DNA from: Psammoneis japonica | Lineage: Eukaryota | DNA length: 20,000 nucleotides | Reading direction: 5' to 3' | Assembly: GCA_008632985.1 (NCBI GenBank) | Contig: QPGO01000066.1 | Coordinates: forward strand, 120,384-140,383 | Shown here: one piece after another, positions 1-12,489 of the stretch | Layout of the letters: every line of letters begins with the position of its first letter | Position numbering within the stretch: position 1 is the stretch's first letter | Position numbers and translations under genes: made by a program | The notes under the pieces: model-generated | What the model was told of the DNA's origin: nothing | Seen by the model: the letters and a program-made list of their open reading frames with translations, nothing else | Database searches by the model: none

Positions 1-1
1 A

Positions 2-1213
2 TTCTGGGCGTTTGAAGTAAACTACTTCACAGCCCGACTCATTCTTGTGATACTTTCGGTTCTTCATCCACGTTGTGTCAGGCTTGTCAAGAATCCTGTC
101 CCATGTCAGATACGCAAGGGAATCACCAAGCTGTCTGAGCTCGTCGCTATCAAGTTCGATTGTGTATTTCTGCATCATCTTTGAAAGACGAGCAAAGTCT
201 CGGGCTTCGCTCAAGCCTGCTTGTCGAAAAGCTGATCTCATGGATTGCTCTCGATTCTTGCCGTTGTGACCATAGTGTCTGACGGTCTCTGCAGGGCCGG
301 GCAAGTAATTGTGCGACGTTGACAGGACCTCTACTCCATTATTGTACATGTTTGGGTAGAGAAAGGCGTTGACAGCGCCTTGTTCCCAAGAAAAGTTGGT
401 TGCACACCAGTTGATATTCCACCACCTAGAAAGCACTTGACGTCCTTCTTCTGAAGGGGCAAGGATAAAGTTGCTGGTAATTGCGGCTTCTCCGCAAAAG
501 GGGCGGTTCGAAAAGAACAGCATGAATGAATCTCTTTTGAGCTTGTTGCACTCTGGAGTAAGACAACCCTCATATAATTCTTTCGGCGATTCGATCTTGA
601 GCTCGCGGTATCCTTTGGAGGAGCAGCCGAGGCCTGTTCCATCTAGAAACGTTTGAATAGACACCTCTTGGCGAATCCAAGCAGAGTCGGAGTCCATCCA
701 CATGAGTGATCCTGAGCTTATCGAAAGAGCCTTTTCCATTGCAAGCAGTTTTCCCCATGCAGCGTGTCTTAAACCAAACAAGGGATGATAGCATTCGTTA
801 TCTGCCAGAACAAAGTGATAATACGTGTAACCGTTTTTCTCCGCGTATGCCATGTTGATCAAAGATGCCCACTCATAAAATGTTGCGTTCTCAGGAGTTA
901 AGCTCTCTAAACCGAAACGGGGGCGTCGATTGTCCGCTGAGACAAGAGTGAACAGATTGCGAGTCAAGCGATGTTCATGTTTCATTGAAAGGATCCAGGT
1001 CAGAAGCCCGCAGCCACAAATAAGGAGCACAAGCACCATACGAGCAACGGTATTCTTCTTGGCGCGGACAAAAAGGACAGATCTCTTGACACCGCCCATC
1101 ACTTTCGCCAGCTCTATCTGTCCAACCTCATGTGATGCGGCTTCTGAAATTATGTGCTTCCTTTCATGGAACTTTTCACCACCTGTCGCCTCGTACCGCC
1201 GCTTCAATCCCAT
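2..1213 (-). CDS. Glycosyltransferase, GT34 (GMA12/MNN10-like) family, type II membrane protein; 3' end outside the window
   Basis: Manual translation gives an open frame from ATG 1213 (alternative ATG 1099) to the window edge, about 404 codons with no stop. It has an N-terminal hydrophobic anchor (MVLVLLICGCGLLTWILSM), then YAEKNGY, AAWGKL, the DxD motif WMDSD and WEQGA, typical of GT34. Tyr and TpA content are normal. Missing from the ORF track because its stop lies outside the window. Confidence 0.8.
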   Translation of the reverse strand, partial: MGLKRRYEATGGEKFHERKHIISEAASHEVGQIELAKVMGGVKRSVLFVRAKKNTVARMVLVLLICGCGLLTWILSMKHEHRLTRNLFTLVSADNRRPRFGLESLTPENATFYEWASLINMAYAEKNGYTYYHFVLADNECYHPLFGLRHAAWGKLLAMEKALSISSGSLMWMDSDSAWIRQEVSIQTFLDGTGLGCSSKGYRELKIESPKELYEGCLTPECNKLKRDSFMLFFSNRPFCGEAAITSNFILAPSEEGRQVLSRWWNINWCATNFSWEQGAVNAFLYPNMYNNGVEVLSTSHNYLPGPAETVRHYGHNGKNREQSMRSAFRQAGLSEARDFARLSKMMQKYTIELDSDELRQLGDSLAYLTWDRILDKPDTTWMKNRKYHKNESGCEVVYFKRPE

Positions 1214-1512
1214 CGTGCGACGGCGTACAGTATGCCGATTGCAATGATAGGGCTACAGTAGAGGCCATAGCACATGGCGAAAGCCCTCTGCCAATTAGTA
1301 GAACGCCTCGTATGTAGAATTTCTACTGAGACCTACACGATCGCTTCTTTTTCGATCATCGCTTTGCTTGTGCACACGAAATCTCAACTGATGTTTGCAA
1401 TTTCGACAAGATTCCAGGTGCAAATCGATGCTTCTTTGCATTTTCTAAGGAGCTAACAACACTCAAAACGATCACAAAGAAGCAACAAAACAAAAATAGT
1501 TTACTTGACGAT

Positions 1513-1532
1513 TTGGGGTGTTCGCACCCCAA
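1513..1532. other. Perfect 8-bp hairpin TTGGGGTG-TTCG-CACCCCAA
   Basis: Read directly; lies near the transition from normal to TpA-depleted DNA. Confidence 0.6.
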
Positions 1533-1969
1533 GTAAAACTGTTTTTTCTTTGTCTCAAAAAAATTCCTCTGACGAGACTCTTCCTTGTGCACCCGATTGC
1601 TCAGTGGGAACACGTCGGATGAATGTGCACAGATGTGACATGGAGAGCTGAGAGGAAGAACTAAGGAGCCATCATGGCACATTTCGACTTGCAGGGTTTT
1701 TTTTGGAATGAATCATGCACACGCTTTGTGCTTTGGTGGGGTGGTGTTCACTGTCATGAAATGAAAACTGTGCCGGGCTGTTGACTGAGGCAAGACATGC
1801 AAAATTGATGAAGCACATCCTCAAACACCTGGGATTCTTCTGTGCATGATCCCTCACACATCATAAAATGTGGCGCGGCTGTTTCTCCCACACAATTTTC
1901 ACAACCAAGCAGCTGTCGACAATGGTCTTCACGAGTCAGAACCAGCCGCAACAGAGAAAAGGGTGCAGA

Positions 1970-2169
1970 GACGCGTTCCAGACGTGGGTGGGAATCCGTG
2001 TGACCTTGGGCCCGCAGAATTCCACATGCAAGCTCTGCAGCAAAATTGCAAGGCAATGGAAATGTCAATGATTGCCAACAGAAAATGAGGCAATTTTGCG
2101 AATGCACAAACCAGGCCATGATTGACGAACATCATTTTTTACTTGGCCAGTTGCGTTCTTCAGACATTG
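1970..2169 (+). mobile_element. Truncated copy (one end) of the GACGCGTTCCAG-terminus MITE family
   Basis: Colinear with 15428-15627 (GACGCGTTCCAGACG...TTCTTCAGACATTG). No partner terminus found. Confidence 0.8.
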
Positions 2170-2337
2170 TGGAAAACTGTCAATTGCAGTCTCCCAAGGA
2201 AATGGCACACAGGCAAACAACAACAGCTCTGTCAAAAATCTGTTCACTCATCATCTCTGCCCACTGGAGCTGAGTCTCTGCAAGCCAAGTCATTGTGACA
2301 AAGCAGAAGCATCATCAACTGCCTGCTGCTGCCTGCT

Positions 2338-2421
2338 GCAATCTCTTGCTGACTGGTGAACAGTGAAGAAGGAGGCCTTTTCCCTGCCACCATGAAGCCC
2401 AGCAACAAAAAGATGGCCCAT
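2338..2421 (+). repeat. Dispersed ~80-bp direct repeat, second copy at 3742-3816
   Basis: GCRATCTCTTGCTGAC..GTGAACAG..AAGAAGGAG...AAGCCCA...GGCCCAT in both copies. They differ by TG versus CA at homologous sites (CAGTGAAG/CAGCAAAG, CCATGAAG/CCACAAAG). Confidence 0.8.
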
Positions 2422-2546
2422 GTGTCGTGTGCTGCATTGCACCCCTGCTGAGAGACAGGTCTGATTGGTCAATTGTTGCTGAGTGAACCAACACATGCCA
2501 CTCAATTCTGCAGCATGAGGAGGCTGTGCGGCACAAAAGCACAACA

Positions 2547-2588
2547 CAGCAGCAGCAGCAGCAGCAACAACAACAACAACAACAACAG
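2547..2588 (+). repeat. (CAG)n(CAA)n trinucleotide microsatellite
   Basis: 14 consecutive CAG/CAA units read directly. Confidence 0.95.
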
Positions 2589-3231
2589 AGCAGCTGGCAG
2601 GTGCGCCTGCACTGTGCGTGCACTCTGTGCTGTGGCTCTCCTGCTGGCACTGGGGCTGGCACCATCATGTGCCATCATGTTTTGCACGGGCACATCAAAG
2701 GATCTCACAGCCAAAAGATGATGGAGCCACCAAAGTGAAGGGCCTCCCACATGCCCAAATGGATGGAAAAGTGGAGCTCATGCTTTGGGAGTTGTTCTTT
2801 CATGCCAAAATTCTTGACCCACCAGCAGGTTCCCACTCCCACAAAATTGGTTTCATCTTCTTCCTTGGTTGCTGGCAGTGTGTTGCAAAGATTCACAGCA
2901 GGTGCGGCAGTCACCGGGGAGGCCTTTTCCTCCTGGTCCTGTGCCATGATGTGGAGCCCGTGCCTCAGTGCCAGCAAATTTGACCAAACCCACCTTGTGA
3001 TGAATCAAGATGGCCACTCAGGCACAACCCACCATGCCACCAATGAGTGAGTGTGTGAGGGAGACTCATGAGCTACAAAGGCCATGCCAATGGCTGGCCC
3101 AACACAGGAGGTTGCCAAACTCAGCAACACAAAGAGCAGAGGTCGGCCTGGGCCAGCACGGACCATGCCCAGTGGGAAATCTGGAGGAATTTGTTGTTGC
3201 ACAAGCCCATGGCTCCAAAGCCAAGCCAATT

Positions 3232-3325
3232 GAATTCTGCCCATGAGCTCTGCAGCTCATGCTCTGGACAATGGGAGTGTTTGTCGTTGACACACAAACA
3301 AATGACTGAGTTTGTGGAGCATTTG
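3232..3325 (+). mobile_element. Internal fragment of the same MITE family
   Basis: GAATTCTGC..GAGCTCTGCAGCTC..CTCTGG...TGTTTGTC..GACACA.AAACAAA matches the reverse complement of about 5635-5729. Confidence 0.7.
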
Positions 3326-3407
3326 CACCGCTTGATGCTTGCAATTTTTGAAAATCCCCACCTGCCCCCTTCACAGTTCTCAAGACAATCGAGAATTGAT
3401 CTGAAGA

Positions 3408-3494
3408 AAAGGGGCATTGGGAGATTGCTGGTTGTTGTCGGCCATTTCTGCAGTGGCAGAGTTTGACGGCACCATCAAACAGCTCTGTCGCAAG
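3408..3494 (+). pseudogene. Calpain (CysPc) catalytic-Cys fragment
   Basis: Translates KGALGDCWLLSAISAVAEFDGTIKQLCRK, matching the calpain motif QGxLGDCWLLxAxxxLAE. Similarity is not evident on either side. Confidence 0.8.
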
Positions 3495-4170
3495 TCGCGA
3501 AAGCTAACGAAAATGTGTTTTTCTGACATGAGAGAAGAAATCGAACATGCACACGATTGTGCAACAGCGGCATTCAGCATGTCAGGTTGTTGTGGTTTAG
3601 GAGTGCCTTCCTGCATGTTGGCAAAAACAGCAAAAAGGTTTTCTTGCCATCCTCGAGGGTGCAAGGTGCCATGCGACAGCATGACATGCTTCCTGTGGCA
3701 CAGTTGCACCAGAATGTTCCCTGGCACCTTGCCATGCCGCTGCGATCTCTTGCTGACAAGTGAACAGCAAAGAAGGAGACCTTCCGCCACCACAAAGCCC
3801 AATGAAGGTGGCCCATCTGCTGGATTGCATTCCCAGACGATTTGATTGGTTGCTTGATGCTTCATGCGAAGTCAAAGGAACGACATGGATGACATGCATT
3901 CCAGGCCAAACGAGAAGAGTTGCGACTGCTCTCTTCATGTTGGGTGCGTGCAATTCCTTTGTTCAGGCACCCTCATCACTGGGTTTGCAGTCCACACAAC
4001 TTCTGCAAAACGGCTCCACAAGATCGTGATGCAGGCTTTGCACTTGAAAAAAGGTCATTCACACATTGTGGTGTGATTGCAAACAAAGCGGGACGGGTCA
4101 ACATGTCTCACGTTGTTCGCTCTCACGTGTCTTTCTTTGTCGCTGGATTGGTCGCCCTGTCCTCAGCTCA

Positions 4171-5386
4171 TCAGTCAGCAGAGAACAGCTCCACTTGAAC
4201 ATGTGCTCCCGACGACAAAGACCGCCAAAGATTTTTGCGGGGATCTTCTCCTTGCAGAGGAGACCAATGATCGTTGTGCCCTAAATCATCTGTGTCCGAA
4301 CCCAAGCGCGGGGAGTTGCGCGCAGATGCCACAGCTGGCATTCTTTGGTTTCGACCAGCAAACCAATTGGCCGCAGCCTTCACCGCAACCAGACAAGGAT
4401 CTGGGAGTGATGTGCGTTTGGCAATTCTGGCCTTGACGATCCTCATGCCCCATGTGGCAAGGGAAGTGGGATTCGCTTTATCCACAACAGTTGGGTTCAC
4501 GCGAGGAAGGTCAAATTCGGTGTGACGGTCCACCATTGTGTGGTTGATTCCATCAACTGCAGCAGCGACCAAAGGATCAGGAGTGTTGTTGGCCGACACT
4601 GATTCCATGATGCTGTCATTGAATGTCGATGTCGCGATGGCGCGAGCAAAAGTGGACAGCAGTGCCGTCACCATCACGACGTCTTGATGTGTGCATTCTG
4701 AGTCAGGTCCACGATGATTCTGAAACAATTCTTGGTGTGTGGCCTCCGCGTCTGCGCCACCACGAGAACAGATCACAACACTGCATGAGCAATCCTCGTC
4801 TGGGTCAATTTCATCCCAATTAAGAACGTCGGTCAGGGACATGATCGGAACAATCAGAAGAAAAGGGACATTGTCCATGGCTTCTTTCTGAAATTTGAGT
4901 CTTGGCATGTTGCATTTGTTGTGTTTTAGGCCAGACTGGGAGACACGCTCGATTCTTCCATTGCTCAGCCTGTGCTCCACTCCTTTCACAAGTTTGAGAT
5001 GAATCTCTGGACTCACATTTTTCAGTCCCAGTGCAGCTTTGGAGACAAACCCACACGATTTGGATCCTCCTTTTGCATCGGAGATCACATGTGCTTTTTG
5101 AAAAATTCTGTGGCCAAGCAGATCTGTTGCCACATCACCGGTGCTGTTTGATTTTCCAGAAGAATTCTCACTGCGCCCTGGGGCTTTGGAACTTGCAAGG
5201 TCCAAACGAAGCTTCTCCTCTGAAAACACGGGCTGACACATCTTCGGCACAGACCGGCGGCGGATGGGTCCCAGGGCATCCACCCTGCTGTTGCTGCTGC
5301 ACAAAGTGATCTGTGCTTTCTCGATGTTCCAGAAACTGTCGTAAAAGGAGAAATGGGCACCTTTCTGTCGCTGATCCTCCTCCACA
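4171..5386 (-). pseudogene. Hypermutated gene, possibly an HNH-like endonuclease-domain protein; 5' part interrupted by a MITE
   Basis: Longest ORF in the track (432 aa) with protein-like composition but only one Tyr. The KAHVI...GLKHNKCNMPRL...MDNVPFLLIVPI spacing resembles HNH_2 (AHxI..NxxxL..D). The track start at 5469 lies inside the MITE, so it is not the true start. Family call is tentative. Confidence 0.45.
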
Positions 5387-5775
5387 GACGCGCTCCAGGT
5401 CCAGGTGGGACCTCGTGCTGCTGAACTGTGACATCGACAGTTTTTTGAATCGCGTCGTATGTCGCGCACGTAGATTTCTACGTGATTTTGGCGAAATTTT
5501 GCATCATTTTACAGTGCAAATGTCAGGCGATCCATTCAGCAACTTTTAATGTTTTTTTCTTCTACGCCATTCTCGAGTGTCTTAAGAATGGCGCAGGGCA
5601 GGCGTGTTGTCCAAAACTTCGAGTGCGAACAGAAATGCATGCACTGCAAACTTGGCCGTTTGTTTTGTGTCGAAGACAAACATGTCCATCAACCAGAGTA
5701 CGAGCTGCAGAGCTCGCACGCAGAATTCCACGGGGCAAATGTCACAAAAAGTCCCACCTGGGACTGGAACCCGTC
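5387..5775. mobile_element. 389-bp MITE with imperfect TIRs and 4-bp TSD CACA
   Basis: Left GACGCGCTCCAGGTCCAGGTGGGA, right TCCCACCTGGGACTGGAACCCGTC. CACA at 5383-5386 and 5776-5779. Internal hairpin CACGTAGA-TT-TCTACGTG (5468-5485). Confidence 0.85.
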
Positions 5776-6118
5776 CACAGAGACAGCTGGTTTTGGTTGG
5801 TCAGGGGGGGGGGGGGGGAGGAGAGCAGCCATTTCTTTCGTTGGCCAAGTGACACTGGCTGTTGCGATGCATCGCGCATCCAGCATGCCCCTGAGGCTCC
5901 ATGTTGTCAGAGGACCTGCTGGCATCTGGCTGGGGCATCTGGTGCAGAAGCCACGTGAAGCCACGCGTGACAAGAAAACCAGCATCAAACATGATGACGT
6001 TGGAGGCAGCAGGTGGCCGATCGCCGCCACGAAACCACAAGGCAGCCACAGAAGGAACCACACATTGTCTGAGCAACTGCTGGATGGGACATGGTGGCAA
6101 CCACATCAAAGACATCTC

Positions 6119-6380
6119 GGCCTGCTCCAGCTCCAGGTGATCCGCTTTTCATCATGTGAGTGGCCGATTTTCTGCGCAGTTTGGCACATCAAACTCCTTC
6201 AATTTTGAGTGTTTCGAAAATCGAAAGGCAAGTGTGCACCCGAAAATACGCGCAAAGTGCACACTTGCCCTTCGATTTGGCAAAAAACGGATTTTGAGAA
6301 AGTTCAGTGTGCCAAATGCACAAATTGCCAAATGATGGGAATCGAGCCCGTGCGGGGATCACCTGGAGCTGGAACAGGCC
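6119..6380. mobile_element. 262-bp foldback MITE with related TIR and 4-bp TSD TCTC
   Basis: TIR GGCCTG(C/T)TCCAGCTCCAGGTGATCC (6119-6143 / 6356-6380). TCTC at 6115-6118 and 6381-6384. Inner 22-bp inverted repeat at 6218-6239 / 6257-6278 (21/22 match). Confidence 0.85.
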
Positions 6381-9300
6381 TCTCCTGCCTTTGCTTCTCA
6401 GATCCTTGGGGCAGAAAAAGGGGCAGAAAAAGGGGCGCAAAATGTGCCACCTGTGTGTTGCTCACTTCAATCATCACATTTGCATTGAAAGCCAAAAGGA
6501 GAGAACAACTTGCAGCTCCAGAGAGTGCCCACGTGCACATCACCATGGTTGAAAGTCACTTGGATGTCATTTTGCAATGCACATCATGTTGAGCGCTTGG
6601 CCAGCTTGTGCACCCTTGACATGACAATGCGCGGAAAAGCCAACAATGAGAGCAACGGAAAGTGGCCAAATCCAATCTGTTGCCAGTCAAGAAACATCCA
6701 ATGGGGAGCTCCAATGAAGCCACAATTTGATGACAATGGGGGAGCAGGCAAAAACTTGAGAGCTGCTTGAAATGTGTGCCCAGCTGGCTTGTTGTCTTTC
6801 CAGAAATCAGATGGCAACTTTGACGAAAACATTGGATTTGCAACAACCCACCACTTGAATTCTTTGCAGCAGCAGCTGCACTGGAGAAGAAACACCTGCC
6901 ACACAAAATGACAAGGACATGCTGGTGATGCCAGCAGAAAAGAGAAAGTGAGAGTGCGCAGCTGCAAAGTTGTTGCCCATGTGCACAAATTCTGCCAATG
7001 ATGTGAGGCAGACAAACTTCTTTAACACAACTGCACCATGCATTGTCAAGTGCATTTCATGTGTTTGTGCATGTGTTCAAATGTCATCACATTTCAATCG
7101 TGCGTGTCAATCGCGGGTTCACATGAAGGACAGATTGACCACACAGACTTGATTGGATGTCAAAAATTACAAACGCAATCACTTGACAATGTCGACATCT
7201 TGCACATCAACAGCAATTGCATTTGCTGGACAATCTGTTGTCATGATCACATTCTCTGAAAGACCTTTCATTTGCAGAAGCAGTGCAGAAGCTTTGGGCC
7301 ATTGAGAGCTCATCAAGAGAAACCCAAAATGATTGAGCAAAATCTGATCTCATGATTTTCACTTTTTGCAATTTGCTCTGCTTTCATTTGCATGTGTTCT
7401 GAAGCATGGTGCACAACAAATGTGGGGTGGGGTGGCACCAAAGATGGCTGCAGAGAAATGGCAGAGTTCCAAGTGGAGGAGGATTGTGAGTTGTGAGAGC
7501 AAAGGTGGCACACAAATCCTTGCTCCAAGAGCAGCACAAGTTGTCATTGCTGAGACAATGATCAGAGCAGGAGCCATGGAAAGCAAATGCAGAGCAAACT
7601 TGTTGGCTGGGTGCAGAAAAACTGCTCACAGAAATTTCAAAGCGGTGTCAGCATTGCTCATTTGCCAAAAACTTGTTGCACTCAAATTGTGCTTGCGATG
7701 CATGTTTGTGTGTGCAACCTCTGCTCTTTCAAAACTCTCGTCAAAGGGACAACATGGTTTAGAAGCCCTTGAGAATTCTTCAAAATTGCAATTCCAGAGA
7801 GCCCCGCATGAGAAATGGCTTTGTCAAACAAGTCACCTCAAAAAATGCAACCTCTGACTCCCATCAATCATGCAATGCTGACAATGAATGTGAGAGCCTT
7901 CCCAATCGTGTCCATGCCACACCAAATGACAAGGTGAGCAACTTGTGACAAATGCAAAAAGATGCAAGAGGCATCAGAGCAACAGAGACAATGGAGCTCT
8001 GAAACAATGTGGAAATTTGTGCAAGAACAGCACCAAACAAGTGGGGTCAGACTTCCACACATTGTGGACAAAACAGAGCACCAACTGACATGAGGACAAC
8101 AGATGCACACAACATGAGTGACAGATGCAATGCATTGAGGCTTCACAACAATGCTCCAAGCCATGTGTTGCACCATCATCTTGTGGTGTTGTTTCTTGTG
8201 TGCATTTTTGATTTTTTTCTTGTCTGACGGGATGCTGCATGCTGTGGCAAGACAATGCCAGAGCTGCAGGCTGATTTTTCCATTGCGGTGTGCACGACCT
8301 CTTGCTCAGGATGCCCCAGAGTCTCTCCATGTGCATCTGAGGCCAAGCAGGGGTGTGAAGGCAACTGCCTCTGCACTCGCCATGTCATGCTGGTGCGCCC
8401 TGCTTTCTGAGATGATGTCAACAAAAACAAGTGGTGAGTGACATTTTGTTGAGACAACCACGCCATGAACGACAGCATCATTCATGTGAACCATCAGCCA
8501 AAGTGAATGACAACACACAAAATGTGCTCACAACACACCCAACTGTGATTGTCACTGCATGTGTCTTGTTTGTTTTGGGCTTTTTGGTGCACCCACATCC
8601 CAAAACCAACACACAACATGAGCAGCTGCCGTGTCATTTGACAATCTCTTGTGACAGAGTGCACTCAAAATTTTCTCTTTTAGATGCATGTTCTCATTTC
8701 TTTGTTTTTTGTGAGAGAAAGAACATTGAATTGAAAACAGCTCATTTGCCGCCATCTCAACGTTGTTTGCTTTTGATCAGCAATCCAGAACAAACAACTT
8801 GAATTCAAGCGCGATGCAAATCTGCCTGAAATCCACAGAGAAAGATTCCTTTTTCTTCATGAAGTCAGGAGTTTGGCTGATTTTGTCGAGTGCGAAGGTG
8901 GTCACATTCACAATCTGTCACTCTGCTGTCTTTCCTTTTGCAGGCACTGTGCTGTGCAGCAGCATCAGCTCCGCTGGCACTCCCGGTTGGCATGAGCCCA
9001 CCCACTGGCATGACATGTGCGCTCCACATGATGCACACAGGGAAGCCCAGTTGATTTTTGCCACTCAGGCATGAATGAAACATTGAGGCATGTGCAGACA
9101 AAAATGGAATCTCGTTGACATTTTCCCACTGTTGCAGGCACATGCAGCCTCTCATGCAAAGCCTGTGCATGTAAAATGCCACGCTGTTTTACAGTGATCC
9201 CATTTTTTGGATTCCAACGAGTGTGATTTGCTCAACAAAATGCCATTCCATGCCAACAATGACAAAGACACATGGTTGAGAGGCTCACAGAAAAAGACTT

Positions 9301-11433
9301 TGCAACTCTGGCACTTGGTGCCATTGTCAACAACACTCTTGAGAACAAGGGATTTTCATGACTGAGTGCACTCATGAACTTGACAAACCAAATGTCTGCA
9401 ACGCCAAAACATTCAAGGACATGTTCCTGTCGTTGCTGTCATTGCAACAATGCACCATCATCATGCCACCAATTTCAGCGATGATGCAGGCAGCGTGCGC
9501 AACATTTCCAGGGACACATGGCATTTTGTTGTGTTTCCGGACAAACCTGACTGCACGAGACTTATTTTGCACAATTTAAATCTCTGCAAATCATTGGTCA
9601 CATTTGTTGCAGACAATTCACAACAAACACATGCGCCAAAAACCAGTGCTTTAAGATTCGATGCATGCTCAATGAATGTCCACATGCATTTCAGCAGCAA
9701 CATGACTTCGTTGTTTGGCAGCTCTCCTTTTGTCACAGAGACAAATGGCAACAGATGCAAAACGAGCTGTCCAAGACAAAACAAACAGTGACAAATGGAG
9801 ACAGAGACAAAACAAATGGCCTGAAACAGCGCAAAAACAAATTCAGAAAACAAGCGCCGTGATCGCGGAAATGCACACCGGCCATGTGCATGCGCGCCGG
9901 TGTGACTTGCGGGTGTCGTCGGGTGTGTCAATGTTGTTGCTCTTCTTGAATGTAAAAAACACATCAATCCACTGACACCATGCATGCGAGTTCAATGGGA
10001 TGCAGGATCTTTGCAAAATCTGGGCAAAAATTGTCCCTTCGTGCTTCGCTGTGCTAAAAACCCCGCGACAATCCTCCACAATGAGTGAAAATTCAACTTT
10101 TTGTCAAAAACTCTTGTCACGTGCTCATTCAGTGCTCCATCGATGCAAACAAATGAGAAAACTCCAAATGCACTCCACAAAAAGTGAAAATCAACAGCCC
10201 CGCTGCGGCCAAAAACTCTGCACGCTTTCAGTGCCAAGTTGCATGTGTCAGCAAATCAGCTGTCACCAATCGCTCAATCAGCTCCCAAAACAACTCAATC
10301 ATTGTCATCCAACATTTTTGCTGCACTCATTGTCACATGAGTTGTCGTCTCGGTGCACCAGAACCCCCCAGTCAGCTGTTGTTGTCGTGTGTGGCAATCG
10401 CCAATGTCGCGGCATCGTTGCCGTGATGTTTGTTTGTGTCAGAGTGAATTCAAATCGATCGCTGCTAATTTCGCAGCACACTCTACATGCGCAAATTTTG
10501 TGCAGATCAGTGTGGGAACTGGATTTTTGAAAAGTGCGTTGCCCCATTTGGGTTGAATGAGAAGCTGTTTCTTTTTTGCCATCATGAGCTTCCTCCCATC
10601 CAAGGACTTCTTGACTTCTCGAGGCACAACATCACCCCATCCAATGTGGCCGATGAAGTCAGAAGGCCCAAGGGGTCGCTGCAACACCTGTGTTCATCGT
10701 CGTCATGGCTGTGGCATCTTTTGCCCGGGGCGCTCCATGGTTCTCTGGTGGCAATCGGCACACCCCTGTGGCAGGGGAGAATGTGGTGATGTCATGGTCA
10801 CATGGCAGCTTGTGTCTTGTTCATTGCATTTTTGCACAAATGTTCTTACATTCATTTGTGCATTTGCACACAAATGCTGGTGGCAGCAGGAAAAATCCTG
10901 AACCACATTCTCCCCTGAAACTCTAACCACCAAAAACTGAGGGTGCGGAAGCGCACTTTTGGAAGTTCTTTTCTCCACAAAAAAAACACGCGTTTTGACA
11001 ACTCGACCATGATGATGCCTCGTGCTTCTTCCCCATTGCCTTCCCAGGATGCCGATCCTGCTGATGCCATTGCCAATGACGCTGATGCAACAGGCAATGT
11101 CATTGTTCCGGTTCTCGTGGGTGTGATGCATGCAAAATGAGATGCCACAAACTTGCACTGTTGTTTGCACGCTCCACCGCCTCCCACAGATGCTGTCACA
11201 AATTCCAAAGCCGCACCTGTGTTTTGGGCCCCTGGCATGCCCGACACTGTTGCTCCCGCCCTTGCTGCCGCAGGTGCTGTTGACATTGTTGTTGTCTTTT
11301 GCCAATGACGTCCACAATGAAATGCCAACAACTCACACTTCTTTCATGCTTGCCCCACCGCCTCCCACAGATGCTGTCACAAATTCCAAAGCTGCACCTG
11401 TGTTTTGGGCACCTGGCATGCCCGACACTGTCA

Positions 11434-12378
11434 CTTGGTCTGCGATCAAAAAAGGCAACTGGATGGGAGAATGCGGCTCGCAACCGGCTTGCTGTTTGTT
11501 GCCCGGCAAAATTCAGGGCAAAAGAAGTTCAAGAAATGACTGTTGTGTGCGACATCCATCCCACATTGCTGCAATTAGCGGGGTGCTCAGATGTGCACAA
11601 AACACTGCGCCCACGCATGAATGGAAGAAGTTTTCAGTGATTGCTGGTTCGTGAAAATGCTTGCTGGCCACAAGAACGTGCACACCTTGCTGGCAAGACT
11701 GGCAAACCTGAGGCTTGCAAGGCATCAGATGGCTGGTCCCACCGTTTCACCAAGTTGTGTTTGCTTCCAATCGACAAGAGAAGCACTTCTTTTGCACTGG
11801 GCAACTGGGCAGTCGTCAATGATGATGGCACCTGGGGACTCTTTGACCTGTCGAGTGACCCAAAACAGGAGAAAGACCTCAAAGACATTTTGCCTGCAAC
11901 CTTTTGCTGAATGCAGCAAGGCCATTTCTCAGAGCCAGAAAGCATCCGTGGGGAAGATCATGCGTGGTCAGACCCAGTTCAACTCATTGGCCTTCCCGGT
12001 GTTGAGCAACCGCACCCAGAGATGGAGCATGCATGCCGCTTCAAGGGCAAGAATGCCTTCACTTGGTCGAATTCATTTTTCGAGGAAGTTGGAGCCACCC
12101 AGGAAATGAAAGTCAGAGTCCTTGAGCCAGCAACGTGCGATGTTGAACTTCGCACTGAGATGGCACCGAGGGGAACAAAGATCCAGCTTTGAGGTGGTTG
12201 GGACATGCACACTGCCCTTTTGAATGCAGAAAAGAAGCACCACTGTGTTGGCCGCTTTGCATTCCCTGCAGGAGATCAATCCACATCAACAACAGTTGTC
12301 AACTCCGATGATCGGGAAGATCTGAGAAGAATGTTGGCGTGGAGTTTGTGTCTCACGAAAGTGCACTGGGTGACATAG
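11434..12378 (+). pseudogene. Sulfatase (arylsulfatase-type) C-terminal fragment
   Basis: One frame: LRSKKATGWENAARNR...DIHPTLLQLAG...MNGRSF...WGLFDLSSDPKQEKDL, matching sulfatase motifs KxxxWE, DIxPT, GRS and LFDLxxDPxE. In-frame TGA at 11638, 11908 and 12190. The catalytic N-terminal half is absent and the 3' limit is uncertain. Confidence 0.8.
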
Positions 12379-12489
12379 CGTGTCCTCTTCACAGCCTCAT
12401 TTTCATGGACATCTGTGCTCCTGCCACTGACTTGTGTGTTGTGGCTTTGAGGGCTGCAAAAATGCAATCGATTGACATCTCCAGTTTGG

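Noticed and set aside
2526..2738. PolyQ protein
   Set aside because: Short ORF with no other support; treated as a microsatellite. Origin from TAG/TAA repeats is possible but cannot be tested here.
5776..6546. Continuous reading frame upstream of the HNH-like ORF after removing both MITEs
   Set aside because: The frames can be joined, but openness is uninformative in stop-depleted DNA and a poly-G run makes the frame uncertain.
6500..9900. Decayed genes (for example a MYND-like CxxC near 6920-6980, or a protein-like minus frame at 8790-9060)
   Set aside because: Cys/His motifs are unreliable in this mutated DNA and no family could be recognised.
9990..10550. Possible TIR element with a ~100-bp internal duplication (CTCCACAA..AGTGAAAAT at 10074 and 10173)
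   Set aside because: End similarity is too weak and no TSD was found.
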